Of a stretch of DNA of 64,000 nt, positions 28,110 through 37,388 are shown piece after piece (within the stretch, counting starts at the first letter, position 1; each line of letters begins with the position of its first letter). The notes under the pieces were generated by a model. It was given only the letters and a program-made list of their open reading frames with translations, did no database searches and was not told the DNA's origin. Location: positions 1-64,000 of IMG/VR virus record IMGVR_UViG_3300030108_006260, one strand, 5' to 3'. Made by a program: the position numbers and the translations under genes.

Positions 28110-28871
28110 GAACTCCACAGTGTAAGCGGCACGAGCCCCTCGCACATCAAAGGCAACAGCTACACCCGTTCCTGCGAGGGACACACCGGATAGAATCCAG
28201 AGGGACGTAGCTGTCCTAGCAAGCCGCTGGACATGGCGCGTATCCTCGTCACTACATCCCTGCTCCGTTCCACCACAAGAGGAGGCCAGTTCTTCATATC
28301 GGTTAGATGCACGTACGCTGACGCCCACAGCCGACGCTCCTAGCGCTAAAGTTGCTGCACCTGTAGCAACAGTCCTCACCCACTGGAATCGCTTGTTGAC
28401 CACACGCCGAGGTCCTTCTACGTAAGGATTGAGGAGAGGCGCGGAGTCATTTTCCTCTTGAGGAGTCTCTACTACAGGAGCGGGAGATGCGTCCTCTTCT
28501 TGGTAAGATACTGACTCTTCCGGCAAGAGAGAAAGCTCGGCCCTAAGACGTGCTACACGGTCATGAACCGCAGAAAGGTCAGTGTCCTCTCCAACTTCAT
28601 GAATATACCTAGTGAAAGCAGTGATAGCACGACGGTAGTGGCGGTGAGATCGAGTAACCTGAGCCGCCTTCTCGTACGCAAGCCCGATGTTGAACAGACT
28701 CTCCACACGATGGGCAAGAGAGAAGCTGGCTTCAAATTCTTCTGCCGCTTCAAGCCACCGGTAGTTGTCGAAAGCTTCTACTGCTCTTTCATGGTGGTCC
28801 CTAGCTGTATCCTGTGCGTGGACAGGGCACGCAGCAGCTACTAGGAAAAAACTAACAATGATGTAACGCAT
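28107..28871 (-). CDS. secreted TPR protein with C-terminal membrane helices (myxobacterial type)
   Basis: Signal peptide; ARDHHERA...EAAEEFEASF...LFNIGLAYEK TPR; two C-terminal hydrophobic helices. Confidence 0.75.
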   Translation of the reverse strand: MRYIIVSFFLVAAACPVHAQDTARDHHERAVEAFDNYRWLEAAEEFEASFSLAHRVESLFNIGLAYEKAAQVTRSHRHYRRAITAFTRYIHEVGEDTDLSAVHDRVARLRAELSLLPEESVSYQEEDASPAPVVETPQEENDSAPLLNPYVEGPRRVVNKRFQWVRTVATGAATLALGASAVGVSVRASNRYEELASSCGGTEQGCSDEDTRHVQRLARTATSLWILSGVSLAGTGVAVAFDVRGARAAYTVEF

Positions 28872-28887
28872 AACATCCTCCTGTCTC

Positions 28888-28905
28888 CTACCATGAGAAG
28901 GGTTT
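28888..28905 (-). promoter_or_regulatory. phage promoter-like motif copy
   Basis: ctaccatgagaagggttt. Confidence 0.65.
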
Positions 28906-29143
28906 AGGTGAACGTCTTCTCGATATCTTTTATAGCAGCATCTCGTTGCTCTATCTTCTTAAGAAGAGCAGAAATTTCCTTTCGCATCTTATACTCCTGG
29001 TAAGAGAAGTAGGTCATGGCTATAAAAAGAGTCAAGACAAAAATAGAAGGAAAAATAAGTGCTGCTGACTTGGAGGTAAAGAGTAGATAGAACTCCAGAA
29101 TGCATGCACACAAAAGAAGCAGAGGTTTTACTAGTAAGTTCAT
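28904..29143 (-). CDS. small 2-TM membrane protein
   Basis: Two hydrophobic helices and a charged tail. Confidence 0.6.
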   Translation of the reverse strand: MNLLVKPLLLLCACILEFYLLFTSKSAALIFPSIFVLTLFIAMTYFSYQEYKMRKEISALLKKIEQRDAAIKDIEKTFT

Positions 29144-29718
29144 CGTATCCTACGAAGGTACCCACCGTCTTCAAGCTCTGTTCTTATAACAGAAGGAATC
29201 TCAAAGGCCAATGATAGGGCTGTCTTGCTTATAAGCTGGTCCTGTACGAACCTCTTGTTCTCGATCTCCGAGGCTTTAGACCTCTCTGCCTCTGAAGCCT
29301 TAGAGAGGCTCAGGTGCCAAGTCTCATAGTCAGAGGCATGACCAAAGACAATGAATGCCTGGTTGGGTCCCTTCCTCTCTCGTGTAGTTTCCAAGGCGGC
29401 AGAGATGGTAACAGGGAGGGCCTCTCCTCCAGATGCGCACAGAGCTTCATGCAAAGTAATAGCGACCTCGGGAGAGACAGCAGGGTAATGCTTTAGAACG
29501 TTAAGGGCCCCTTCTACCAAGGGGTGATGCACCTTGAGGTATCTTTCTTTACTTTCATTTGAGTAGGGTACAACAAACGAATCAACGAAAGAGGAGGCCC
29601 CAGGAATTTCTAGGGACCGTAGAATATAGTTACCAGCGCCAGCAAAGACAGCTTTAATCTTGGCACCAGAGTAATGAGTCATGAGTTCATGTAGCATGTT
29701 CAGTCCAGGTCTCCCCAA
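29140..29718 (-). CDS. CinA/PncC-like (NMN deamidase fold) protein
   Basis: AGAG...LEIPGASSFV..FVVPYSNES; RKGPNQAFI. Confidence 0.6.
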   Translation of the reverse strand: MGRPGLNMLHELMTHYSGAKIKAVFAGAGNYILRSLEIPGASSFVDSFVVPYSNESKERYLKVHHPLVEGALNVLKHYPAVSPEVAITLHEALCASGGEALPVTISAALETTRERKGPNQAFIVFGHASDYETWHLSLSKASEAERSKASEIENKRFVQDQLISKTALSLAFEIPSVIRTELEDGGYLRRIR

Positions 29719-30056
29719 GAAGGAGTAAGAACACCAGGGTACGCTTCGTCCATGATCTTCTTGAACTCCCTAAGTTCGCTCATCCTATTGTTGTGTTTAG
29801 AGGAAAAGCTCTCTCGCCACATTCTTCCATACCTCACAAGTAGGATACCCATGGAAGATATGATCCACCGGAGCTGCTCCTCTTCCAGGTCCGAGTCTTT
29901 GTCCAGTACAGGAGCAAGGGCATCGAGGACCGCCTTGGAAATGTCAAGGCGGTCCTCATACATGATGGCCTTTTCTATATCTTGTAGCGCTTTATCCATG
30001 ACGGAAGTGTCATAGGTCTTAGTTACGCCATCTACCGTTATAGTAACGCTACTCAT
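29700..30056 (-). CDS. hypothetical protein
   Basis: ORF on the coding strand. Confidence 0.6.
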   Translation of the reverse strand: MSSVTITVDGVTKTYDTSVMDKALQDIEKAIMYEDRLDISKAVLDALAPVLDKDSDLEEEQLRWIISSMGILLVRYGRMWRESFSSKHNNRMSELREFKKIMDEAYPGVLTPSWGDLD

Positions 30057-30061
30057 TTACT

Positions 30062-30502
30062 TCAGTCCTCGTCTAGGAACGTATCGATATTTACACAGGC
30101 TACATCAGCTACACGCTTCAGCTTAGCAATAGCACGATCCCGTGCTTCACGAATAAGCTTCTTGGCGATCTTGCCTCCTCGTGGTCCCGTAAAGGTGGGA
30201 ACAAGGACAGTGGTCATCTCGCTATCGTCTCCCTGAACAAGAAGCTCGGTAAGCTCAAGAACCAGAGCGTCATCCGTAAGGTCTCGCATCACTGGAGATG
30301 AGGACGCCTCTCGTGGAGCACCCACAGCCTGAGTAAAGGTCTCAGCGAGGTCTACACCGTCGTCATCATCAAAGTCATCCGAGGGAGGGGCAGCCTTCTT
30401 GGCCTTTGTCTTCTTCTTAGGACGGGGAGCTTCTTCTTCCTCGTCTTCCTCAAGATCAAAGTCATCAAGGTCGTCGTCAACTTCATCAAAATCAGGATTC
30501 AT
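30062..30502 (-). CDS. highly acidic low-complexity protein
   Basis: Asp/Glu runs at the N-terminus with a Lys patch. Confidence 0.7.
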   Translation of the reverse strand: MNPDFDEVDDDLDDFDLEEDEEEEAPRPKKKTKAKKAAPPSDDFDDDDGVDLAETFTQAVGAPREASSSPVMRDLTDDALVLELTELLVQGDDSEMTTVLVPTFTGPRGGKIAKKLIREARDRAIAKLKRVADVACVNIDTFLDED

Positions 30503-30521
30503 TTATAATTCTTTCCGGCTC

Positions 30522-30824
30522 TTAAGCCTTCTTACCGCTGCTAAGGAACAGCGAATAACTATCAAAGTACTTTCCCCAGGGACGAAACTCCTGGGTCTCA
30601 TAAATACCCGTGTCATTGCACACAAGAAGGACTTTACAGGGGTCCGCTATGTCAGTGAGGGTATTTCCGAGCAATGAAATCAATTTATTCTCATCAACAA
30701 CATATTCGCTGTCCTCTGTCTCTTGTTTCTTAATAAGAGAACAGGTGTGTCGAACAGTAGTGCTGAGCACAATAGAGTGCTCTCCGTGGCGGCGGAGCCT
30801 GATATCTACCTGGTGCTCAATCAT
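30522..30824 (-). CDS. hypothetical protein
   Basis: ORF on the coding strand. Confidence 0.55.
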   Translation of the reverse strand: MIEHQVDIRLRRHGEHSIVLSTTVRHTCSLIKKQETEDSEYVVDENKLISLLGNTLTDIADPCKVLLVCNDTGIYETQEFRPWGKYFDSYSLFLSSGKKA

Positions 30825-30826
30825 GA

Positions 30827-31975
30827 CTAAAAAATCTCATCGATAAGCTTAGAAAGGTAGGAACTGTCAATAGTTTTCCCTTCCTGCTGAGAGTCTCTCT
30901 TAAGGATTGAAATAATTTCCTTAAAGTATGCCTGGTCCACACCAACTAGCTGGTCTGACAGCAACTCTACGTTTGACAAGAGCCAGTTGTTTGCACCGGG
31001 AACCGACCAAGGAGCAGGTTCCTGGCCCCTACTAACCTCTGGATCTTCTTCTGAGTCATTGTAATCTTTGTTGTTGTGATTAGTACCCCATGCGCTGCCC
31101 GTAAGGTCAGAAGGGGGAGTCGATGACGTGTCTGGTGTAAACCCTAAAGAAGTCCCCATATTATGATACTCCTGTAGGGTCTGAGGAGTACACATCGCTG
31201 CTACCTGACTCACCATCTTAAGAATCTGACCTGCGTTGATTGTCCAATCCCGTTTAATGAACTTACGAATACGGATAATGGAACAAATAGGGTACTGACT
31301 ACCCATGTAGTGAAGCTCTTTTGTCAGTACAGATTCCAGAGCACGCTTATTGGTTACTAGTTCACGGTCCCACGACGTCCAATAGTTAGTACAGTGAACG
31401 AAGTCATAGAAAGAATGAATTTTCTTAGGATCACCATAGAACCGCAGGACAAGCTGAATGTCACCCGAAAGAGTAATAGCGTTGTCCGTAAGGAGTAGCG
31501 GCTTATACTTTTTGCACTCGCTAAGCTTCTTGAACTCTTTTCCCTCGCAGGCTGAAGAGAAGGTGCTCCTGACGAAAGCCTCGGTAGAATCTCCTACCAT
31601 GTCGTTTTCAAAGTACTCGTAGGTTCCTTCGTCTACGGATGCCACACCCGAAGACTGTACCATCACTTTGACTCGACCGTCTTCGGCAACAACTCTGAGG
31701 TAAGATTCTTCCTCAGGGTTGAATACTTCGCCTTCCTTCTTCTCTCCCTCCAGGTACTTATTTACGTAGTACTCAGCTACGGCTTTTGTAGTCTCAAAGT
31801 CCCTGAAGTACAAGTCAAAGTCGTTGACGGGCTCCTGCAATAGCATAGAAGCAATGCACCCGCCTGTAACTAATGTGTTGTTTTCTACGAGTTCCCTGAC
31901 CTTCTCATCGTCAATGGACTTGACCCAGCTGTCGAACTTATCGTTGATGGTGGACTGTATTGTCTTTATCTTCAC
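30827..31975 (-). CDS. Pol-beta-like nucleotidyltransferase-fold phage protein
   Basis: VTGGCIASML...NDFDLYF (GG/DxD); FDFVHC-like FYDFVHCTNYW; YPICSIIRIRKF. Confidence 0.7.
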   Translation of the reverse strand: MKIKTIQSTINDKFDSWVKSIDDEKVRELVENNTLVTGGCIASMLLQEPVNDFDLYFRDFETTKAVAEYYVNKYLEGEKKEGEVFNPEEESYLRVVAEDGRVKVMVQSSGVASVDEGTYEYFENDMVGDSTEAFVRSTFSSACEGKEFKKLSECKKYKPLLLTDNAITLSGDIQLVLRFYGDPKKIHSFYDFVHCTNYWTSWDRELVTNKRALESVLTKELHYMGSQYPICSIIRIRKFIKRDWTINAGQILKMVSQVAAMCTPQTLQEYHNMGTSLGFTPDTSSTPPSDLTGSAWGTNHNNKDYNDSEEDPEVSRGQEPAPWSVPGANNWLLSNVELLSDQLVGVDQAYFKEIISILKRDSQQEGKTIDSSYLSKLIDEIF

Positions 31976-32160
31976 TAATCTGTCTCCTCTTCTACTACAG
32001 CCCAGCTATCCAGGGCGTCACCCAACATGTCTGATAGCTGCTCGTCTGCGTAGGTCTGTGCCTCTTCCTGAGAGGCAAATTCAAGAACTTCTACTATTTC
32101 ATCTCCCTCACATGTAGGGAAGGGGTAATCGTAACCACATTTAATTTTGAACTTAGGCAT
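31975..32160 (-). CDS. small acidic protein (start MPKFKIKC)
   Basis: ATG 8 nt downstream of a promoter-motif variant. Confidence 0.6.
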   Translation of the reverse strand: MPKFKIKCGYDYPFPTCEGDEIVEVLEFASQEEAQTYADEQLSDMLGDALDSWAVVEEETD

Positions 32161-32168
32161 CGAATCTT

Positions 32169-32186
32169 TTACTATAAGAGGGGTTG
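32169..32186 (-). promoter_or_regulatory. phage promoter-like motif variant
   Basis: ttactataagaggggttg. Confidence 0.5.
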
Positions 32187-32350
32187 CACACCGCAAATCA
32201 CTTTCGATCTTACCTAGGGTACAACCCTGTATGATGGCGATTTATCTGCAAATTTCTCGATGAGGTGTATCGCATGAATGTGACCCGTGGATGTATAACC
32301 CCTATATGGCGTATTCTCAATCCAACCATTTGCTACTAACAACTCAAGAA

Positions 32351-32388
32351 GTGTAAGTACCCTACGCAGTGCGTCAGGGTACTTACAC
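32351..32388. other. strong hairpin in a ~360-bp region without a listed ORF
   Basis: gtgtaagtaccct / agggtacttacac 13-bp perfect inverted repeat plus inner acgc/gcgt. Confidence 0.8.
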
Positions 32389-32522
32389 GAGTCTACAAGT
32401 GTGGATACTGGTGGAGCGTACTAACGATAACAAGAGGCTAGCCAGTTGGCACCGGTTACGACATCAATACCACAGTAGTCAAATATAAATCTATCAATGT
32501 ACCTCTCCACACCTTAGGCCCT

Positions 32523-33071
32523 CTATTCAAGTCCACGCTGCGCTAGTGCTTCAACATACTTGTCGGTTGCCCGTATAGCAGAATCCTGGATTTCTTCAAG
32601 GCTCATCAATTCTAGATCATATTTATGGATTAGATAGTTCATAATTTGAAGATAGTGGTTGTCCCATTGTGTCATAAGGGTTGAAGATAGTTTATTTTTC
32701 ATGGTCTTTCCTTTATTTTCTAATGTATCATTGTCAGGGTACATTAGTGATTGTACCACAGACAAGAACAAGTAGTCTTTCGTCTGTTGCTCAGAAGGAA
32801 GTTCCTCAAACGGAACCATACAGGGGTGGGTCTTATTATCCGGATCTTTTGTTTCCCCGTAAGTCCACCCTTCTTTCTCCTTTAGTTCCAACCAACTCCT
32901 GTGACTGTCACCTGGGGTAGTCTTCTTGGTTGTTTTACGCACTCCATCAATGGCACTTTCTCTCTGCCACTCGGGAGCCTCTTCCCACGGTACCTGGGAT
33001 GTGTCTCCAATAGATGTACAGTATGCCCTGTTAACCTCATGGGCTACGCGTGCGATTTCTTCGATTTTCAT
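32523..33071 (-). CDS. RyR (ryanodine receptor repeat) domain protein
   Basis: IARVAHEVNRAYC...SHRSWL..KEKEGWTYGETKD..NKTHPCMVPFEELP..QQ.KD. Confidence 0.9.
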   Translation of the reverse strand: MKIEEIARVAHEVNRAYCTSIGDTSQVPWEEAPEWQRESAIDGVRKTTKKTTPGDSHRSWLELKEKEGWTYGETKDPDNKTHPCMVPFEELPSEQQTKDYLFLSVVQSLMYPDNDTLENKGKTMKNKLSSTLMTQWDNHYLQIMNYLIHKYDLELMSLEEIQDSAIRATDKYVEALAQRGLE

Positions 33072-33970
33072 ACGGATACCTCTGCCTTTATTGCTGGGTG
33101 GTGGTTGTAGTTGGTGATTTCAAAATCCTGTGCTCCCTTGCACTTTTCCAGGAAATCATCGATAGACCAAGAAGTAGGGTCCTCACCATCAAAAGTCTTG
33201 ATGTGAAGAGAAGGCAAGTCGTAAGTGTGCCTGTTGAGCTGAGTGTCTACTTGGTCTCTGTGATTGTTATAGATGTGAACGCTACCAAAAGTGTGGACGA
33301 AAGAACCCGCAGAGAGTCCAGCCATGCCTGCCAGGATGTGAGTCAGGAGGGCGTAGGAGGCAATATTGAAAGGGACTCCAAGAAATGAGTCAGCACTGCG
33401 TTGGTACATTTGGCAGTCCAAATACTTTGGGGTTCCTTGATTGTCAGGACGCACGGAGAACTGTGTCATCATATGGCAAGGAGGAAGTGCCATGGCTTCC
33501 AAGTCTCCTGGATTCCAAAGCTGCATGATGATTCTCCTGGAGAAAGGATTGCTCCGTATCATGTCCAAGCAACCCTGGAGCTGGTCAATCCCTACTCCTT
33601 CGTTCATGCCCCACTTCCGTCCGAAATGACGCATCTGGTATCCGTAGACGGGTCCAAGACTACCGTCCTCTTTTGCCCACTCATCCCAGATATGAACATT
33701 CTTGTCCTGAAGAACACGGGCATTGGTGCTCCCGCTCATGAACCACAAAAGTTCCTCGAAGATACCACGCGTGAACATCCTCTTAGTAGTCAGGAGGGGG
33801 AACCCTTTGCTAAGGTCAATTTGAATCTGATACCCAAATAGGTCTTGTGTTCCTGTACCTGTGCGGTCTCCCTTGAACACTCCACGGTACTTTATAGCCC
33901 GAAGCATATTTAGGTACTGGTCTTCGGCGCTTTCTTTAAAATCAATGTAATAGGTCATTTTCTTAGCCAA
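33068..33970 (-). CDS. thyA: thymidylate synthase
   Basis: DRTGTGT, FPLLTTK, LGPVYG.Q.R, SRR, MALPPCH, YQRSADSFLGVPFNIASY. Confidence 0.97.
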   Translation of the reverse strand: MAKKMTYYIDFKESAEDQYLNMLRAIKYRGVFKGDRTGTGTQDLFGYQIQIDLSKGFPLLTTKRMFTRGIFEELLWFMSGSTNARVLQDKNVHIWDEWAKEDGSLGPVYGYQMRHFGRKWGMNEGVGIDQLQGCLDMIRSNPFSRRIIMQLWNPGDLEAMALPPCHMMTQFSVRPDNQGTPKYLDCQMYQRSADSFLGVPFNIASYALLTHILAGMAGLSAGSFVHTFGSVHIYNNHRDQVDTQLNRHTYDLPSLHIKTFDGEDPTSWSIDDFLEKCKGAQDFEITNYNHHPAIKAEVSV

Positions 33971-34932
33971 TCGTAATCGTGAGACACCTTAGAGTCGTAC
34001 AAAGAGAACTCGATAATTTCTTTAGACACTTCGAATTCATGGTACTTGATAAGCTCCACTAGGTTCGATACAGAGTGCTGAAACTCTTCGTATGTACACT
34101 CGTAGTCACGAAGGGTTACCATCACAGTGTACAGACCATCTTCGTACTTCTTGAAAATATTTTTGCTTTTATGAGCTTTAGTATCTTCTAACAAACACTC
34201 AAGCTCTTCCTCTAGCTCCTTGACACACAATACTGGAATGTGGCACTCGAAGTAACACCCGTCTGGCATTACAGTTCCTTCTTCCTCTGGGTATGCCCTG
34301 TGAGACGAAGAGGGGGCCGCAGGGTGCCAAGGGGTAGTTTCTATCTTCTTCCGGATAACGTTAAATCCACCATCTAAAAGAGTCCTTACGATTTCATCCA
34401 TGCGTTCGGCGACTCCCTGGTTATCTCCGAAGTACACTGAACTTGTCATAAGATCTTTGATAGGCTCTTTGCCTTCGACATGAAGGTCAAGAAGAATAGG
34501 CTTTACTCCTGCAAAATCGCACACCCTCTTGAATGCTTCGATGTCAGACGTAGAAGCTTCCACTGTGACGTGAATTTCATAAGGAAGACTCCACTTTCCC
34601 TTCTCCCGAGTTACTTTTCTCTCCCGAGCTTGTAGGTCTGCCCAGTATTTTGACTTACGGGCTAGCTCCTCTTCTAGTTCCTCTTTCGTGAACCCCATGC
34701 TATAAAGAACAGACTGGGTGCAGAGTGTCACGTCTGCGATTTCTTCAAGAATACGCTCCCTTACCACAAATCTGTGGTTGGTTGCGTAAGCTCCCTCATA
34801 AGGTAGGATTACTTTTGAAAGTTCTCCTACTTCCTCGACTAGCTTGAGTGTTTTCTGTCCTAGTGTTTTCTTGTCCTCTCTAGTAAGCTCCTGGATAAAC
34901 GCATCAAGGTCTAAGACTTCTTTCTTTTTCAT
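33955..34932 (-). CDS. MazG-like NTP pyrophosphohydrolase with large C-terminal domain
   Basis: KLVEEVGEL...LEEIADV. Confidence 0.75.
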   Translation of the reverse strand: MKKKEVLDLDAFIQELTREDKKTLGQKTLKLVEEVGELSKVILPYEGAYATNHRFVVRERILEEIADVTLCTQSVLYSMGFTKEELEEELARKSKYWADLQARERKVTREKGKWSLPYEIHVTVEASTSDIEAFKRVCDFAGVKPILLDLHVEGKEPIKDLMTSSVYFGDNQGVAERMDEIVRTLLDGGFNVIRKKIETTPWHPAAPSSSHRAYPEEEGTVMPDGCYFECHIPVLCVKELEEELECLLEDTKAHKSKNIFKKYEDGLYTVMVTLRDYECTYEEFQHSVSNLVELIKYHEFEVSKEIIEFSLYDSKVSHDYDWLRK

Positions 34933-35482
34933 TAAAATCTTTCAAATAGGAAATTAGAGAAGGAACAATCAAGGCACGCAAGACCTTGTAAGAGGAGGAG
35001 GGCTCAGTACGGATGTGGTCTGGAAGGAATGCGATAACGCCTTCTAGATCTTTGGCGAGAGAAGAGTAGTAGAACTCATCGGAAGAGGACCAGTAGCTCC
35101 TTGTGAGCCTGTCGTAGAGACTTGTTGCTTCCTCTACTCCGATTTTGCCCCTTTTGCGCTGGGCGATGACTTCTTCTTTTAGGGACTCTACGGTCATCTC
35201 CGAAGAGAATACGTCCTTACTCAAGGCACCTAACTTATCTGAGACATAGATAGGTCCCCAAGAAACGATGCGAGCACCTAGCGTGAGAGAGTCATCAGGA
35301 CCCCAACGGTAGGACCAGGATCCCCAATCACTAACAACAGAAAGGATGCACGTACTGTAGTTAAGTGTGCATTGGGCCCACCCTACGGGCTCAAACCTAA
35401 AGTGTATAGATACAGTTTCAGAAAGGGAGGCTTCCTTTACACTGTACTGCTCCTCTATCAGAGAGAGGTAGTTAGATCCCAT
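34904..35482 (-). CDS. hypothetical protein
   Basis: ORF on the coding strand. Confidence 0.65.
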   Translation of the reverse strand: MGSNYLSLIEEQYSVKEASLSETVSIHFRFEPVGWAQCTLNYSTCILSVVSDWGSWSYRWGPDDSLTLGARIVSWGPIYVSDKLGALSKDVFSSEMTVESLKEEVIAQRKRGKIGVEEATSLYDRLTRSYWSSSDEFYYSSLAKDLEGVIAFLPDHIRTEPSSSYKVLRALIVPSLISYLKDFNEKERSLRP

Positions 35483-35506
35483 GACATTCCTTTTGTAGTG
35501 TGTGTT

Positions 35507-35758
35507 CTACGAACAGCGTTTACAGTCATTGCGGAGACAAAGGACATGTTCCTCTTTATTCTGTCTTCGTTCCAAGACAATAGACCGTTTACCATAGGGG
35601 AAGTGCGTTAGAGGCCAGTTAGGCCAGTACCTACTTTCCTTAGGATGATTTCTGGTCCTATAAAGATACATCCGGAGTCGAAGTAGTCGCCAGCGGGATT
35701 TGATAGGGCGTGATTTCTTTTCATAGAAAGATTTTATTTTAGCGTTTGTTCGGTACAT
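35507..35758 (-). CDS. small basic protein
   Basis: ORF on the coding strand. Confidence 0.55.
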   Translation of the reverse strand: MYRTNAKIKSFYEKKSRPIKSRWRLLRLRMYLYRTRNHPKESRYWPNWPLTHFPYGKRSIVLERRQNKEEHVLCLRNDCKRCS

Positions 35759-35770
35759 TCGTTAGCCTAG

Positions 35771-35995
35771 TCACCATCGTTTGCTGTACTCAAATCCCCC
35801 TGGGACACTACGCCATCCTAGAAGCTCCAAAGTCGCAACAACAGGCTCCGGGACTTCCTCGTCAACCGCCGCCCACACTGCGTCAGGACGGTATGTAATT
35901 GAAGCGTCTTCCGAGAAAGTGTGTACCAGGTCAAGACCCAGCGAGAGCGCCCTCAAGGAACTTACTTCATCCATGTAACGACCAGTGTGCCTCAT
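35771..35995 (-). CDS. small hypothetical protein
   Basis: ORF on the coding strand. Confidence 0.5.
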   Translation of the reverse strand: MRHTGRYMDEVSSLRALSLGLDLVHTFSEDASITYRPDAVWAAVDEEVPEPVVATLELLGWRSVPGGFEYSKRW

Positions 35996-36914
35996 GAAGT
36001 GCCACGCACAGATTCTTGATTTCTTCTGTGTTCGTTTCGTCAGGTAGGCTACTCTTCTTATAGAGGTCCTCTACTAAATCCTCAAGGCGGGAAGCTTCCT
36101 CCATAATCTCCTCGTATGTCTTAGACCCAAGACGAATTTCAATCAATTCTTCGGCATCTGGGCGTTTAGTAATAACTCCTTTGCCTTCCATGATTTCTGC
36201 ACACATTCTCATCAAGCGAATAAGGTGCATTCCGTTCTTAGTGTCGTATCCAAACTTGGATTCAAGCTTGGCCCTTGCTTCGTTTCGGTTTTTCTTCCAT
36301 CCCTGATACTGTTTCCACCTAGTAAGGGCTGAAGCGTACTCCTTTTCCCTCCGGACAGCCGTGGCTACCTCTGGTCCGAAGGTGTACCCCTGGGACTCTA
36401 GATCCTCAATGGCACCCATTGTAGTCTTGTCGATGACCTTACTTCCTGACTCTGGAAGTCCAAAATCAGAACGAAGAGGCTTACTCTTAGGAGGATTGCG
36501 TAGCCACTCGTAGTGTCCTCTCATCTTCTTCAACTGGGAGTGAGCGTATCCCATAAAACGAAATTTAGCCCTCTTTGATAGGAAGATGTCCCGTTTTTCG
36601 ATAAGGACTCTCCCTACAGGGGCGCACACAGTCCAGTCACTCTCTTCTGTATAGAGAAGCTCTACAATGTTGGGGTTACATTCAGACGCTAACTTAAGAA
36701 ACTTCTGTAGCGCAAAAATAGTCCTGTCATGATCATGTCCCCGGTTTACCTGTTCTTCGTGCTGGTCGAAGGAAAAAAACGGGTCTAGGATTACATCCTT
36801 AGGGGGAACGCAGACTCCCTTGAAGTCCACGTCAGAGCCTTCGATGTTGGTACCATAAGCCCTGCTTCCCGTGAGGCATTCGAACACTGTGTTCTTGGGT
36901 ACATCAAATCTCAT
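35967..36914 (-). CDS. Pol-beta superfamily nucleotidyltransferase (RlaP / T4 NrdC.11-like)
   Basis: LTGSRAYGTN...SDVDFKG, CNPNIVELL, GYDTKNGMHLIRL. Confidence 0.9.
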   Translation of the reverse strand: MRFDVPKNTVFECLTGSRAYGTNIEGSDVDFKGVCVPPKDVILDPFFSFDQHEEQVNRGHDHDRTIFALQKFLKLASECNPNIVELLYTEESDWTVCAPVGRVLIEKRDIFLSKRAKFRFMGYAHSQLKKMRGHYEWLRNPPKSKPLRSDFGLPESGSKVIDKTTMGAIEDLESQGYTFGPEVATAVRREKEYASALTRWKQYQGWKKNRNEARAKLESKFGYDTKNGMHLIRLMRMCAEIMEGKGVITKRPDAEELIEIRLGSKTYEEIMEEASRLEDLVEDLYKKSSLPDETNTEEIKNLCVALHEAHWSLHG

Positions 36915-37353
36915 CTGGTTCTTCCTCTGGACCTAGTTCAGACCGTTCAAGGCGATACCGGAAAACGGCAAGAAGTCCCTCTAATGTAGAAAGACCAACC
37001 ATAACTTCCCACATGTTGTAGGGGCCCTCACCCTTAATAATAGAAGAGAATTCTTCCATTGCCTCTACCAGAGGAGGTGCTGCTCGGGACACAAGATCTT
37101 GTGACTCGGGTTTCATCATAGAAGACATAGCGGCAGACATGGGTTTAGACGTTGCCTTGAACGAAGACAGGTCTCCTCCCTCTTCAAGGTAGGAAGAAAC
37201 TAGGTCAGCAAGTATCTTCTCCTTCCCGTCTCCGATGTCTGTGTCACCTAACAGGCTGTCAAGGAGGTTAATAGCGGAGGGGACTGTGTCTAACAAACGA
37301 TTATGTGTCATGGCTATTTTTAGTATCTGTAGGGTTAAAGAGTAAAGGCTCAC
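36904..37353 (-). CDS. hypothetical helical protein
   Basis: ORF on the coding strand. Confidence 0.6.
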   Translation of the reverse strand: MSLYSLTLQILKIAMTHNRLLDTVPSAINLLDSLLGDTDIGDGKEKILADLVSSYLEEGGDLSSFKATSKPMSAAMSSMMKPESQDLVSRAAPPLVEAMEEFSSIIKGEGPYNMWEVMVGLSTLEGLLAVFRYRLERSELGPEEEPDEI

Positions 37354-37388
37354 CCGGAGGCAAGCCTTTTACAGTAGTCTGAGGTTCC

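Noticed and set aside
32161-32520. tmRNA or RNase P RNA
   Set aside because: A GCTCCACCA occurs on the minus strand, but there is no T-loop, no GGGGC 5' end and no tag frame.
33068-33970. Group I intron or intein in thyA, rIIA or rIIB
   Set aside because: The ORFs are continuous, of normal length, and have motifs in the expected order.
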